This document shows, one piece after another, positions 23,901 to 38,065 of a DNA stretch of 64,000 bases. Each line of letters opens with the position of its first letter. The first letter of the stretch is position 1. Below the pieces are notes generated by a model. It saw only the letters and a list, made by a program, of their open reading frames with translations, was not told the DNA's origin and did no database searches. Both the position numbers and the translations under genes were made by a program. This DNA is from Antedon mediterranea. Its lineage: Eukaryota; Animalia; Echinodermata. Location: the NCBI RefSeq assembly GCF_964355755.1, contig NC_092679.1, forward strand, positions 3,750,201-3,814,200. Direction: 5' to 3'.

Positions 23901-26900
23901 TTGACTTAGGCGATTGACTGATTGATTGATTGACTTAGGCGATTAACTGATTGATTGATTGAATTAGGCAATTGACTGATTGATTGACTAAGGCGATTGA
24001 TTGACTTAGGCGATTGACTGATTGATTGAATTAGGCGATTGATTGACTGATTGACTTAGGCAATTGATTGACTTAGGCGATTGACTGATTGATTGACTTA
24101 GGCGATTGATTGACTTAGGCGATTGACTGATTGAATGACTTAGGCGATTGATTGACTTAGGCAATTGACTGACTGACTGACTTAGGCGATTGACTGACTG
24201 ACTGACTTTGGCGATTGACTGACTGAGGCGATTGACTGACTGACTTAGGCGATTGACTGACTGACTGACTTAGGCGATTGATTGATTGACTGACTGACTG
24301 ACTTAGGCGATTGACGGACTGACTGACTTAGGCGATTGACTGACTGACTGACTTAGGCGACTGATTGACTGACTGACTTAGGCGATTGACTGACTGACTT
24401 CGGCGATTGACTGACTTCGGTGATTGACTGACTAAGGCAATTGACTGACTGACTTAGGCGATTGACTGACTGACTTAGGCAATTGACTGACTGACTTAGG
24501 CGATTAACTGACTGACTTAGGCGATTGACTGACTGACTTAGGCGATTGATTGACTGACTGACTTAGGCAATTGACTGACTGACTTAGGCGATTAACTGAC
24601 TGACTTAGGCGATTGACTGACTGACTTAGGCGATTGATTGACTGACTGACTTCGGCGATTGACTGACTGACTTAGGCGATTCACTGATTGACTTAGGCGA
24701 TTGACTGACTGACTTAGGCGATTGACTGACTGACTTAGGCGATTGACTGACTGACTGAGGCGATTGACTGACTTAGGTGATTGACTGACTGACACAGGCA
24801 ATTGACTGACTGACATAGGCGATTGACTGAATCACTTAGGTGATTGATTGACTCTCTTAGGCGATTGACTGACTGACTTAGGCGATTGACTGACTGACTT
24901 AGGCGATTGACTGACTTAGGCGATTGACTAACTGACTTAGGCGATTGACTGACTGACTTAGGCGATTGACTGACTGACTTAGGCAATTGACTGACTGACT
25001 TAGGCGATTGACTGACTGACTTAGGCGATTAACTGACTGACTTAGGCGATTGACTGACTGACTTAGGCGATTGATTGACTGACTGACTTAGGCGATTGAC
25101 TGACTGACTTAGGCGATTAACTGACTGACTTAGGCGATTGACTGACTGACTTAGGCGATTGATTGACTGACTGACTTCGGCGATTGACTGACTGACTTAG
25201 GCGATTCACTGATTGACTTAGGCGATTGACTGACTGACTTAGGCGATTGACTGACTGACTTAGGCGATTGACTGACTGACTGAGGCGATTGACTGACTTA
25301 GGTGATTGACTGACTGACACAGGCAATTGACTGACTGACATAGGCGATTGACTGAATCACTTAGGTGATTGATTGACTCTCTTAGGCGATTGACTGACTG
25401 ACTTAGGCGATTGACTGACTAACTTAGGCGATTGACTGACTTAGGCGATTGACTAACTGACTTAGGCGATTGACTGACTGACTTAGGCGATTGACTGACT
25501 GACTTAGGCAATTGACTGACTGACTTAGGCGATTGACTGACTGACTTAGGCGATTGACTGACTTAGGCGATTGACTGACTTAGGCGATTGACTGAGTGAC
25601 TTAGGCGACTGACTGACTTAGGCGATTGACTGACTGACTTAGGCGATTGACTGACTGACTTAGGCAATTGACCGACTGACTTAGGCGATTGACTGACTTA
25701 GGCGATTGACTGACTCAGGCGATTGACTGACTGACTTAGGCGACTGACTGACTTAGGCGATTGACTAACTTAGGCGATTGACTGACTTAGGCGATTGACT
25801 GACTGACTTAGGCGACTGACTGACTTAGGCGATTGACTTACTGACTGACTTAGGCGATTAACTGACTTAGGCGATTGACTGATTGACTGACTTAGGCGAT
25901 TGACTTACTGACTTAGGCGATTGACTGACAGACTGACTTAGGCGATTGATTGACTGACTGACTGACTGACTGACTAGGCGATTGATTGACTGACTGACTG
26001 ACTGAGGCGATTGACTGACTGACATAGGCAATTGACTGACTGTTCTTAGGCGATTAACTGACTGACTTAGGCGATTGACTGACTGACTTAGGCGATTGAT
26101 TGACTGACTGACTTCGGTGATTGACTGACTGACTTAGGCGATTGACTGACTGACTTAGGCGATTGACTGACTGACTGAGGCGATTGACTGACTTAGGTGA
26201 TTGACTGACTGACATAGGCAATTGACTGACTTACATAGGCGATTGACTGACTCACTTAGGTGATTGATTGACTGTCTTAGGCGATTGACTGACTGACTTA
26301 GGCGATTGACTGACTTAGGCAATTGACTAACTGACTTAGGCGATTGACTGACTGACTTAGGCGATTGATTGACTGACTGACTTAGGTGATTGATTGACTG
26401 ACTTAGCCGATTGATTGACTGACTGACTTAGGCGATTGACTGACTTAGCAGATTGACTGACTGACTGACTTAGGCGATTGACTGACTTAGGCGATTGCCT
26501 GACTTAGGCGATTGACTGACTGACTGACTTAGGCGATTGATTGACTGACTGACTTAGGCGATTGATTGACTGACTGACTGACTTAGGCGATTGACGGACT
26601 GACTGACTTAGGCGATTGACTGACTTACTGACTTAGCCGATTGACTGACTGACTTAGGCGATTGACTGACTTAGGCGATTGACTGACTGACTGACTGACT
26701 TAGGCGATTGACTGACTTAGGCGATTGATTGACTGACTGACTTAGGCGATTGACTGACTTAGGCAATTGACTGACTGACTTAGGCGATTAACTGACTGAC
26801 TTAGGCGATTGACTGACTGACTTAGGCGATTGATTGACTGACTGACTTAGGCGATTGACTGACTAACTTAGGCGATTAAATGACTGACTTAGGCGATTGA

Positions 26901-29900
26901 CTGACTGACTTAGGCGATTCACTGATTGACTTAGGCGATTGACTGACTGACTTAGGCGATTCACTGATTGACTTAGGCGATTGACTGACTGACTTAGGCG
27001 ATTGACTGACTGACTTAGGCAATTGACTGACTGACTTAGGCGATTAACTGACTGACTTAGGCGATTGACTGACTGACTTAGGCGATTGATTGACTGACTG
27101 ACTTAGGCAATTGACTGACTGACTTAGGCGATTAACTGACTGACTTAGGCGATTGACTGACTGACTTAGGCGATTGATTGACTGACTGACTTCGGCGATT
27201 GACTGACTGACTTAGGCGATTCACTGATTGACTTAGGCGATTGACTGACTGACTTAGGCGATTGACTGACTGACTTAGGCGATTGACTGACTGACTGAGG
27301 CGATTGACTGACTTAGGTGATTGACTGACTGACACAGGCAATTGACTGACTGACATAGGCGATTGACTGAATCACTTAGGTGATTGATTGACTCTCTTAG
27401 GCGATTGACTGACTGACTTAGGCGATTGACTGACTGACTTAGGCGATTGACTGACTTAGGCGATTGACTAACTGACTTAGGCGATTGACTGACTGACTTA
27501 GGCGATTGACTGACTGACTTAGGCAATTGACTGACTGACTTAGGCGATTGACTGACTGACTTAGGCGATTAACTGACTGACTTATGCGATTGACTGACTG
27601 ACTTAGGCGATTGATTGACTGACTGACTTAGGCGATTGACTGACTGACTTAGGCGATTAACTGACTGACTTAGGCGATTGACTGACTGACTTAGGCGATT
27701 GATTGACTGACTGACTTCGGCGATTGACTGACTGACTTAGGCGATTCACTGATTGACTTAGGCGATTGACTGACTGACACAGGCAATTGACTGACTGACA
27801 TAGGCGATTGACTGAATCACTTAGGTGATTGATTGACTCTCTTAGGCGATTGACTGACTGACTTAGGCGATTGACTGACTAACTTAGGCGATTGACTGAC
27901 TTAGGCGATTGACTAACTGACTTAGGCGATTGACTGACTGACTTAGGCGATTGACTGACTGACTTAGGCAATTGACTGACTGACTTAGGCGATTGACTGA
28001 CTGACTTAGGCGATTGACTGACTTAGGCGATTGACTGACTTAGGCGATTGACTGAGTGACTTAGGCGACTGACTGACTTAGGCGATTGACTGACTGACTT
28101 AGGCGATTGACTGACTGACTTAGGCAATTGACTGACTGACTTAGGCGATTGACTGACTTAGGCGATTGACTGACTCAGGCGATTGACTGACTGACTTAGG
28201 CGACTGACTGACTTAGGCGATTGACTAACTTAGGCGATTGACTGACTTAGGCGATTGACTGACTGACTTAGGCGACTGACTGACTTAGGCGATTGACTTA
28301 CTGACTGACTTAGGCGATTAACTGACTTAGGCGATTGACTGATTGACTGACTTAGGCGATTGACTTACTGACTTAGGCGATTGACTGACTGACTGACTTA
28401 GGCGATTGATTGACTGACTGACTTAGGCAATTGACTGACTGACTTAGGCGATTAACTGACTGACTTAGGCGATTGACTGACTAACTTAGGCGATTGATTG
28501 ACTGACTGACTTCGGCGATTGACTGACTGACTTAGGCGATTGACTGACTGACTGACTTAGGCGATTGATTGACTGACTGACTGACTGACTGACTTAGGCG
28601 ATTGATTGACTGACTGACTGACTGAGGCGATTGACTGACTGACTTAGGTGATTGACTGACTGACATAGGCAATTGACTGACTGACTTAGGCGATTAACTG
28701 ACTGACTTAGGCGATTGACTGACTGACTTAGGCGATTGATTGACTGACTGACTTCGGTGATTGATTGACTGACTGACTTAGGCGATTGACTGACTGACTT
28801 AGGCGATTGACTGACTGACTGAGGCGATTGACTGACTTAGGTGATTGACTGACTGACATAGGCAATTGACTGACTTACATAGGCGATTGACTGACTCACT
28901 TAGGTGATTGATTGACTGTCTTAGGCGATTGACTGACTGACTTAGGCGATTGACTGACTGACTTAGGCGATTGACTGACTTAGGCAATTGACTAACTGAC
29001 TTAGGCGATTGACTGACTGACTTAGGCGATTGATTGACTGACTGACTTAGGTGATTGATTGACTGACTTAGCCGATTGATTGACTGACTGACTTAGGCGA
29101 TTGACTGACTTAGCAGATTGACTGACTGACTGACTTAGGCGATTGACTGACTTAGGCGATTGCCTGACTTAGGCGATTGACTGACTGACTGACTTAGGCG
29201 ATTGATTGACTGACTGACTTAGGCGATTGATTGACTGACTGACTGACTTAGGCGATTGACGGACTGACTGACTTAGGCGATTGACTGACTTACTGACTTA
29301 GCCGATTGACTGACTGACTTAGGCGATTGACTGACTTAGGCGATTGACTGACTGACTGACTGACTTAGGCGATTGACTGACTTAGGCGATTGATTGACTG
29401 ACTGACTTAGGCGATTGACTGACTTAGGCAATTGACTGACTGACTTAGGCGATTAACTGACTGACTTAGGCGATTGACTGACTGACTTAGGCGATTGATT
29501 GACTGACTGACTTAGGCAATTGACTGACTGACTTAGGCGATTAACTGACTGACTTAGGCGATTGACTGACTAACTTAGGCGATTGATTGACTGACTGACT
29601 TCGGCGATTGACTGACTGACTTAGGCGATTCACTGATTGACTTAGGCGATTGACTGACTGACTTAGGCGATTGACTGACTGACTTAGGCGATTGACTGAC
29701 TGACTGAGGCGATTGACTGACTTAGGTGATTGACTGACTGACATAGGCAATTGACTGACTGACATAGGCGATTGACTGACTCACTTAGGTGATTGATTGA
29801 CTGTCTTAGGCGATTGACTGACTGACTTAGGCGATTGACTGACTGACTTAGGCGATTGACTGACTTAGGCGATTGACTAACTGACTTAGGCGATTGACTG

Positions 29901-32900
29901 ACTGACTTAGGCGATTGACTGACTGACTTAGGCAATTGACTGACTGACTTAGGCGATTGACTGACTGACTTAGGCGATTGACTGACTTAGGCAATTGACT
30001 GACTTAGGCGATTGACTGACTGACTTAGGCGATTGACTGACTGACTTAGGCGATTGACTGACTGACTTAGGCGATTGACTGACTGACTTAGGCAATTGAC
30101 TGACTGACTTAGGCGATTGACTGACTGACTTAGGCGATTGACTGAGTTAGGCAATTGACTGACTCAGGCGATTGACTGACTGACTTAGGCGACTGACTGA
30201 CTTAGGCGATTGACTAACTTAGGCGATTGACTGACTTAGGCGATTGACTGACTGACTTAGGCGACTGACTGACTTAGGCGATTGACTTACTGACTGACTT
30301 AGGCAATTAACTGACTTAGGCGATTGACTGATTGACTGACTTAGGCGATTGACTTACTGACTTAGGCGATTGACTGACTGACTGACTTAGGCGATTGATT
30401 GACTGACTGACTGACTGACTGACTTAGGCGATTGATTGACTGACTGACTGACTGAGGCGATTGACTGACTGACATAGGCAATTGACTGACTGACTTAGGC
30501 GATTAACTGACTGACTTAGGTGATTGACTGACTGACTTAGGCGATTGATTGACTGACTGACTTCGGCGATTGACTGACTGACTTAGGCGATTCACTGATT
30601 GACTTAGGCTATTGACTGACTGACTTAGGCGATTGACTGACTGACTTAGGCGATTGACTAACTGACTGAGGCGATTGACTGACTTAGGTGATTGACTGAC
30701 TGACATAGGCAATTGACTGACTGACATAGGCGATTGACTGACTCACTTAGGTGATTGATTGACTGTCTTAGGCGATTGACTGACTGACTTAGGCGATTGA
30801 CTGACTGACTTAGGCGATTGATTGACTTAGGCGATTGACTAACTGACTTAGGCGATTGACTGACTGACTTAGGCGATTGATTGACTGACTGACTTCGGCG
30901 ATTGACTGACTGACTTAGGCGATTCACTGATTGACTTAGGCGATTGACTGACTGACTTAGGCGATTGACTGACTGACTTAGGCGATTGACTGACTGACTG
31001 AGGCGATTGACTGACTTAGGTGATTGACTGACTGACATAGGCAATTGACTGACTGACATAGGCGATTGACTGACTCACTTAGGTGATTGATTGACTGTCT
31101 TAGGCGATTGACTGACTGACTTAGGCGATTGACTGACTGACTTAGGCGATTGACTGACTTAGGCGATTGACTAACTGACTTAGGCGATTGACTGACTGAC
31201 TTAGGCGATTGACTGACTGACTTAGGCAATTGACTGACTGACTTAGGCGATTGACTGACTGACTTAGGCGATTGACTGACTTAGGCGATTGACTGACTTA
31301 GGCGATTGACTGAGTGACTTAGGCGACTGACTGACTTAGGCGACTGACTGACTGACATAGGCGATTGACTGACTCACTTAGGTGATTGATTGACTGTCTT
31401 AGGCGATTGACTGACTGACATAGGCGATTGACTGACTCACTTAGGTGATTGATTGACTGTCTTAGGCGATTGACTGACTGACTTAGGCGATTGACTGACT
31501 GACTTAGGCGATTGACTGACTTAGGCGATTGACTAACTGACTTAGGCGATTGACTGACTGACTTAGGCGATTGACTGACTGACTTAGGCAATTGACTGAC
31601 TGACTTAGGCGATTGACTGACTGACTTAGGCGATTGACTGACTTAGGCGATTGACTGACTTAGGCGATTGACTGACTGACTTAGGCGATTGACTGACTGA
31701 CTTAGGCGATTGATTGACTGACTGACTTAGGCGATTGACTGACTGACTTAGGCGATTGACTGACTTAGGCAATTGACTGACTCAGGCGATTGACTGACTG
31801 ACTTAGGCGACTGACTGACTTATGCGATTGACTAACTTAGGCGATTTACTGACTTAGGCGATTGACTGACTGACTTAGGCGACTGACTGACTTAGGCGAT
31901 TGACTTACTGACTGACTTAGGCGATTAACTGACTTAGGCGATTGACTGATTGACTGACTTAGGCGATTGACTTACTGACTTAGGCGATTGACTGACTGAC
32001 TGACTTAGGCGATTGATTGACTGACTGACTGACTGACTTAGGCGATTGATTGACTGACTGACTGACTGAGGCGATTGACTGACTGACTTAGGTGATTGAC
32101 TGACTGACATAGGCAATTGACTGACTGACTTAGGCGATTAACTGACTGACTTAGGCGATTGACTGACTGACTTAGGCGATTGATTGACTGACTGACTTCG
32201 GCGATTGACTGACTGACTTAGGCGATTCACTGATTGACTTAGGCTATTGACTGACTGACTTAGGCGATTGACTGACTGACTTAGGCGATTGACTAACTGA
32301 CTGAGGCGATTGACTGACTTAGGTGATTGACTGACTGACATAGGCAATTGACTGACTGACATAGGCGATTGACTGACTCACTTAGGTGATTGATTGACTG
32401 TCTTAGGCGATTGACTGACTGACTTAGGCGATTGACTGACTGACTTAGGCGATTGACTGACTTAGGCGATTGACTAACTGACTTAGGCGATTGACTGACT
32501 GACTTAGGCGATTGATTGACTGACTGACTTCGGCGATTGACTGACTGACTTAGGCGATTCACTGATTGACTTAGGCGATTGACTGACTGACTTAGGCGAT
32601 TGACTGACTGACTTAGGCGATTGACTGACTGACTGAGGCGATTGACTGACTTAGGTGATTGACTGACTGACATAGGCAATTGACTGACTGACATAGGCGA
32701 TTGACTGACTCACTTAGGTGATTGATTGACTGTCTTAGGCGATTGACTGACTGACTTAGGCGATTGACTGACTGACTTAGGCGATTGACTGACTTAGGCG
32801 ATTGACTAACTGACTTAGGCGATTGACTGACTGACTTAGGCGATTGACTGATTGACTTAGGTGACTGACTGACTTAGGCGATTGACTGACTGACTTAGGC

Positions 32901-35900
32901 GATTGACTGACTGACTTAGGCAATTGACTGACTGACTTAGGCGATTGACTGACTGACTTAGGCGATTGACTGACTTAGGCGATTGACTGACTGACTTAGG
33001 CGACTGACTGACTTAGGAAATTGACTAACTTAGGCGATTGACTGACTTAGACGATTGACTGACTGACTTAGGCGACTGACTGACTTAGGCGATTGACTTA
33101 CTGACTGACTTAGGCGATTAACTGACTTAGGCGATTGACTGATTGACTGACTTAGGCGATTGACTTACTGACTTAGGCGATTGACTGACTGACTGACTTA
33201 GGCGATTGACTGACTGACTTAGGCGACTGACTGACTTAGGCGATTGACTTACTGACTGACTTAGGCGATTAACTGACTTAGGCGATTGACTGATTGACTG
33301 ACTTAGGCGATTGACTTACTGACTTAGGCGATTGACTGACTGACTGACTTAGGCGATTGATTGATTGACTGACTGACTGCCTGACTGACTTAGGCGATTG
33401 ATTGGCTGACTGACTGACTGAGGCGATTGACTGACTGACTTAGGTGATTGACTGACTGACATAGGCGATTGACTGACTGACATAGGCGATTGACTGACTC
33501 ACTTAGGTGATTGATTGACTGACTTAGGCGATTGACTGACTGACTTAGGCGATTGACTGACTGACTTAGGCGATTGACTGACTCACTTAGGTGATTGATT
33601 GACTGTCTTAGGCGATTGACTGACTGACATAGGCGATTGACTGACTCACTTAGGTGATTGATTGACTGTCTTAGGCGATTGACTGACTGACTTAGGCGAT
33701 TGACTGACTGACTTAGGCGATTGACTGACTTAGGCGATTGACTAACTGACTTAGGCGATTGACTGACTGACTTAGGCGATTGACTGACTGACTTAGGCAA
33801 TTGACTGACTGACTTAGGCGATTGAATGACTGACTTAGGCGATTGACTGACTTAGGCGATTGACTGACTGACTTAGGCGATTGACTGACTGACTTAGGCA
33901 ATTGACTGACTGACTTAGGCGATTGACTGACTGACTTAGGCGATTGACTGACTTAGGCGATTGACTGACTGACTTAGGCGACTGACTGACTTAGGAAATT
34001 GACTAACTTAGGCGATTGACTGACTTAGACGATTGACTGACTGACTTAGGCGACTGACTGACTTAGGCGATTGACTTACTGACTGACTTAGGCGATTAAC
34101 TGACTTAGGCGATTGACTGATTGACTGACTTAGGCGATTGACTTACTGACTTAGGCGATTGACTGACTGACTGACTTAGGCGATTGACTGACTGACTTAG
34201 GCGACTGACTGACTTAGGCGATTGACTTACTGACTGACTTAGGCGATTAACTGACTTAGGCGATTGACTGATTGACTGACTTAGGCGATTGACTTACTGA
34301 CTTAGGCGATTGACTGACTGACTGACTTAGGCGATTGATTGACTGACTGACTGCCTGACTGACTTAGGCGATTGATTGGCTGACTGACTGACTGAGGCGA
34401 TTGACTGACTGACTTAGGTGATTGACTGACTGACATAGGCGATTGACTGACTGACATAGGCGATTGACTGACTCACTTAGGTGATTGATTGACTGACTTA
34501 GGCGATTGACTGACTGACTTAGGCGATTGACTGACTGACTTAGGCGATTGACTGACTCACTTAGGTGATTGATTGACTGTCTTAGGCGATTGACTGACTG
34601 ACATAGGCGATTGACTGACTCACTTAGGTGATTGATTGACTGTCTTAGGCGATTGACTGACTGACTTAGGCGATTGACTGACTGACTTAGGCGATTGACT
34701 AACTGACTTAGGCGATTGACTAACTGACTTAGGCGATTGACTGACTGACTTAGGCGATTGACTGACTGACTTAGGCAATTGACTGACTGACTTAGGCGAT
34801 TGACTGACTGACTTAGGCGATTGACTGACTTAGGCGATTGACTGACTTAGGCGATTGACTGACTGACTTAGGCGATTGACTGACTGACTTAGGCGATTGA
34901 CTGACTGACTTAGGCGATTGACTGACTGACTTAGGCAATTGACTGACTGACTTAGGCGATTGACTGACTGACTTAGGCGATTGACTGACTTAGGCAATTG
35001 ACTGACTCAGGCGATTGACTGACTGACTTAGGCGACTGACTGACTTATGCGATTGACTAACTTAGGCGATTTACTGACTTAGGCGATTGACTGACTGACT
35101 TAGGCGACTGACTGACTTAGGCGATTGACTTACTGACTGACTTAGGCGATTAACTGACTTAGGTGATTGACTGATTGACTGACTTAGGCGATTGACTTAC
35201 TGACTTAGGCGATTGACTGACTGACTGACTTAGGCGATTGATTGACTGACTGACTGACTGACTTAGGCGATTGATTGACTGACTGACTGACTGAGGCGAT
35301 TGACTGACTGACTTAGGTGATTGACTGACTGACATAGGCAATTGACTGACTGACTTAGGCGATTAACTGACTGACTTAGGCGATTGACTGACTGACTTAG
35401 GCGATTGATTGACTGACTGACTTCGGCGATTGACTGACTGACTTAGGCGATTCACTGATTGACTTAGGCTATTGACTGACTGACTTAGGCGATTGACTGA
35501 CTGACTTAGGCGATTGACTAACTGACTGAGGCGATTGACTGACTTAGGTGATTGACTGACTGACATAGGCAATTGACTGACTGACATAGGCGATTGACTG
35601 ACTCACTTAGGTGATTGATTGACTGTCTTAGGCGATTGACTGACTGACTTAGGCGATTGACTGACTGACTTAGGCGATTGACTGACTTAGGCGATTGACT
35701 AACTGACTTAGGCGATTGACTGACTGACTTAGGCGATTGATTGACTGACTGACTTCGGCGATTGACTGACTGACTTAGGCGATTCACTGATTGACTTAGG
35801 CGATTGACTGACTGACTTAGGCGATTGACTGACTGACTTAGGCGATTGACTGACTGACTGAGGCGATTGACTGACTTAGGTGATTGACTGACTGACATAG

Positions 35901-37717
35901 GCAATTGATTGACTGTCTTAGGCGATTGACTGACTGACTTAGGCGATTGACTGACTGACTTAGGCGATTGACTGACTTAGGCGATTGACTAACTGACTTA
36001 GGCGATTGACTGACTGACTTAGGCGATTGATTGACTGACTGACTTCGGCGATTGACTGACTGACTTAGGCGATTCACTGATTGACTTAGGCGATTGACTG
36101 ACTGACTTAGGCGATTGACTGACTGACTTAGGCGATTGACTGACTTAGGCGATTGACTGACTTAGGCGATTGACTGAGTGACTTAGGCGACTGACTGACT
36201 TAGGCGATTGACTGACTGACTTAGGCGATTGACTGACTGACTTAGGCAATTGACTGACTGACTTAGGCGATTGACTGACTGACTTAGGCGATTGACTGAC
36301 TTAGGCGATTGACTGACTGACTTAGGCGACTGACTGACTTAGGAAATTGACTAACTTAGGCGATTGACTGACTTAGGCGATTGACTGACTGACTTAGGCG
36401 ACTGACTGACTTAGGCGATTGACTTACTGACTGACTTAGGCGATTAACTGACTTAGGCGATTGACTGATTGACTGACTTAGTCGATTGACTTACTGACTT
36501 AGGCGATTGACTGACTGACTTAGGCGACTGACTGACTTAGGCGATTGACTAACTTAGGCGATTGACTGACTTAGGCGATTGACTGACTGACTTAGGCGAC
36601 TGACTGACTTAGGCGATTGACTTACTGACTGACTGAGGCGATTAACTGACTTAGGCGATTGACTGATTGATTGACTTAGGCGATTGACTTACTGACTTAG
36701 GCGATTGACTGACTGACTGACTTAGGCGATTGATTGACTGACTGACTGACTTAGGCGATTGATTGACTGACTGACTTAGGCGATTGACGGACTGACTGAC
36801 TTAGGCGATTGACTGACTTACTGACTTAGCCGATTGACTGACTGACTTAGGCGATTGATTGACTGACTAAGCCGATTGATTGACTGACTGACTTAGGCAA
36901 TTGACTGACTGACTTAGGCGATTGACTGACTGACTTAGGCGATTGACTGACTGACTTAGGCGATTGACTGACTGACTTAGGCGATTGAATGACTGACTTA
37001 GGCAATTGACTGACTGACTTAGGCGATTGACTGACTGACTTAGGCGATAGACTGACTTAGGCGGTATGACATAGTCTAGGCTAGGCGTGTCTATAGGGGG
37101 TGGTATGACTTACGCTAGGCTAGGCGTGTCTATAGGGGGCGGTATGACTTAAAGGGTCGAAAAATGGCAATTTTTCGAAAATTAGCAAAATTTCGACCTT
37201 TTTATTTTCCGATAAATAATAAATAGTTACTATTGTAACTATTTATGTCAAAAAATAAAAGGGTCGAAAAATGGCAATTTTTCGAAAATTTCCCTGTACT
37301 ATAGTACAGGAATTTTTTGATTGACTGACTTAGGCGATTGACTTACTGACTTAGGCGATTGACTGACTGACTGACTTAGGCGATTGATTGACTGACTGAC
37401 TGACTTAGGCGATTGATTGACTGACTGACTTAGGCGATTGACGGACTGACTGACTTAGGCGATTGACTGACTTACTGACTTAGCCGATTGACTGACTGAC
37501 TTAGGCGATTGATTGACTGACTAAGCCGATTGATTGACTGACTGACTTAGGCAATTGACTGACTGACTTAGGCGATTGACTGACTGACTTAGGCGATTAA
37601 CTGACTGACTTAGGCGATTGACTGACTGACTTAGGCGATTGAATGACTGACTTAGGCAATTGACTGACTGACTTAGGCGATTGACTGACTGACTTAGGCG
37701 ATAGACTGACTTAGGCG
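17967..37717. repeat. ~20-kb satellite of GACTTAGGCGATT-(GACT/GATT)n units (mostly 17-25 bp) with higher-order repeats
   Basis: Directly visible tandem array; interrupted at 37064-37318 by a duplicated boundary block. Confidence 0.98.
22336..22534 (-). mobile_element. 3' fragment of a non-LTR retroelement (LINE/SINE tail) inserted in a satellite spacer
   Basis: Minus strand ends ttccccatggggataataaagttt(aattg)n: hairpin, AATAAA and microsatellite tail; flanked by TATCA at 22331-35 and 22535-39. A similar tail occurs at ~53325-53355. Confidence 0.65.
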
Positions 37718-37805
37718 GTATGACATAGTCTAGGCTAGGCGTGTCTATAGGGGGTGGTATGACTTACGCTAGGCTAGGCGTGTCTATAGGGGGCGGTATG
37801 ACTTA

Positions 37806-38065
37806 AAGGGTCGAAAAATGGCAATTTTTCGAAAATTAGCAAAATTTCGACCTTTTTATTTTCCGATAAATAATAAATAGTAACTATTTATGTCAAAAAA
37901 TAAAAGGGTCGAAAAATGGCAATTTTTCGAAAATTTCCCTGTACTATAGTACAGGAATTTTTTGAAAAAATAGCCAAATTTCGACCTTTTTATTTCCGAT
38001 AACACTGGTTACTATAGCATAATTGACATGCGCAAGAACCCAATATTTGCCTCTGCGCATTTTTA
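37806..38065. repeat. Palindromic ~190-bp repeat (right flank, before HINE insertion)
   Basis: Same unit as 17520-17966. Confidence 0.85.

Noticed and set aside
24592-36077. Many minus-strand ORFs (SQSVNRL / SQSPK repeats)
   Set aside because: Translations of the satellite; no splice signals or real starts.
17967-37717. Interstitial telomere (TTAGGC/TTAGG words)
   Set aside because: The hexamer is never tandem; it is always embedded in GACT/GATT units.
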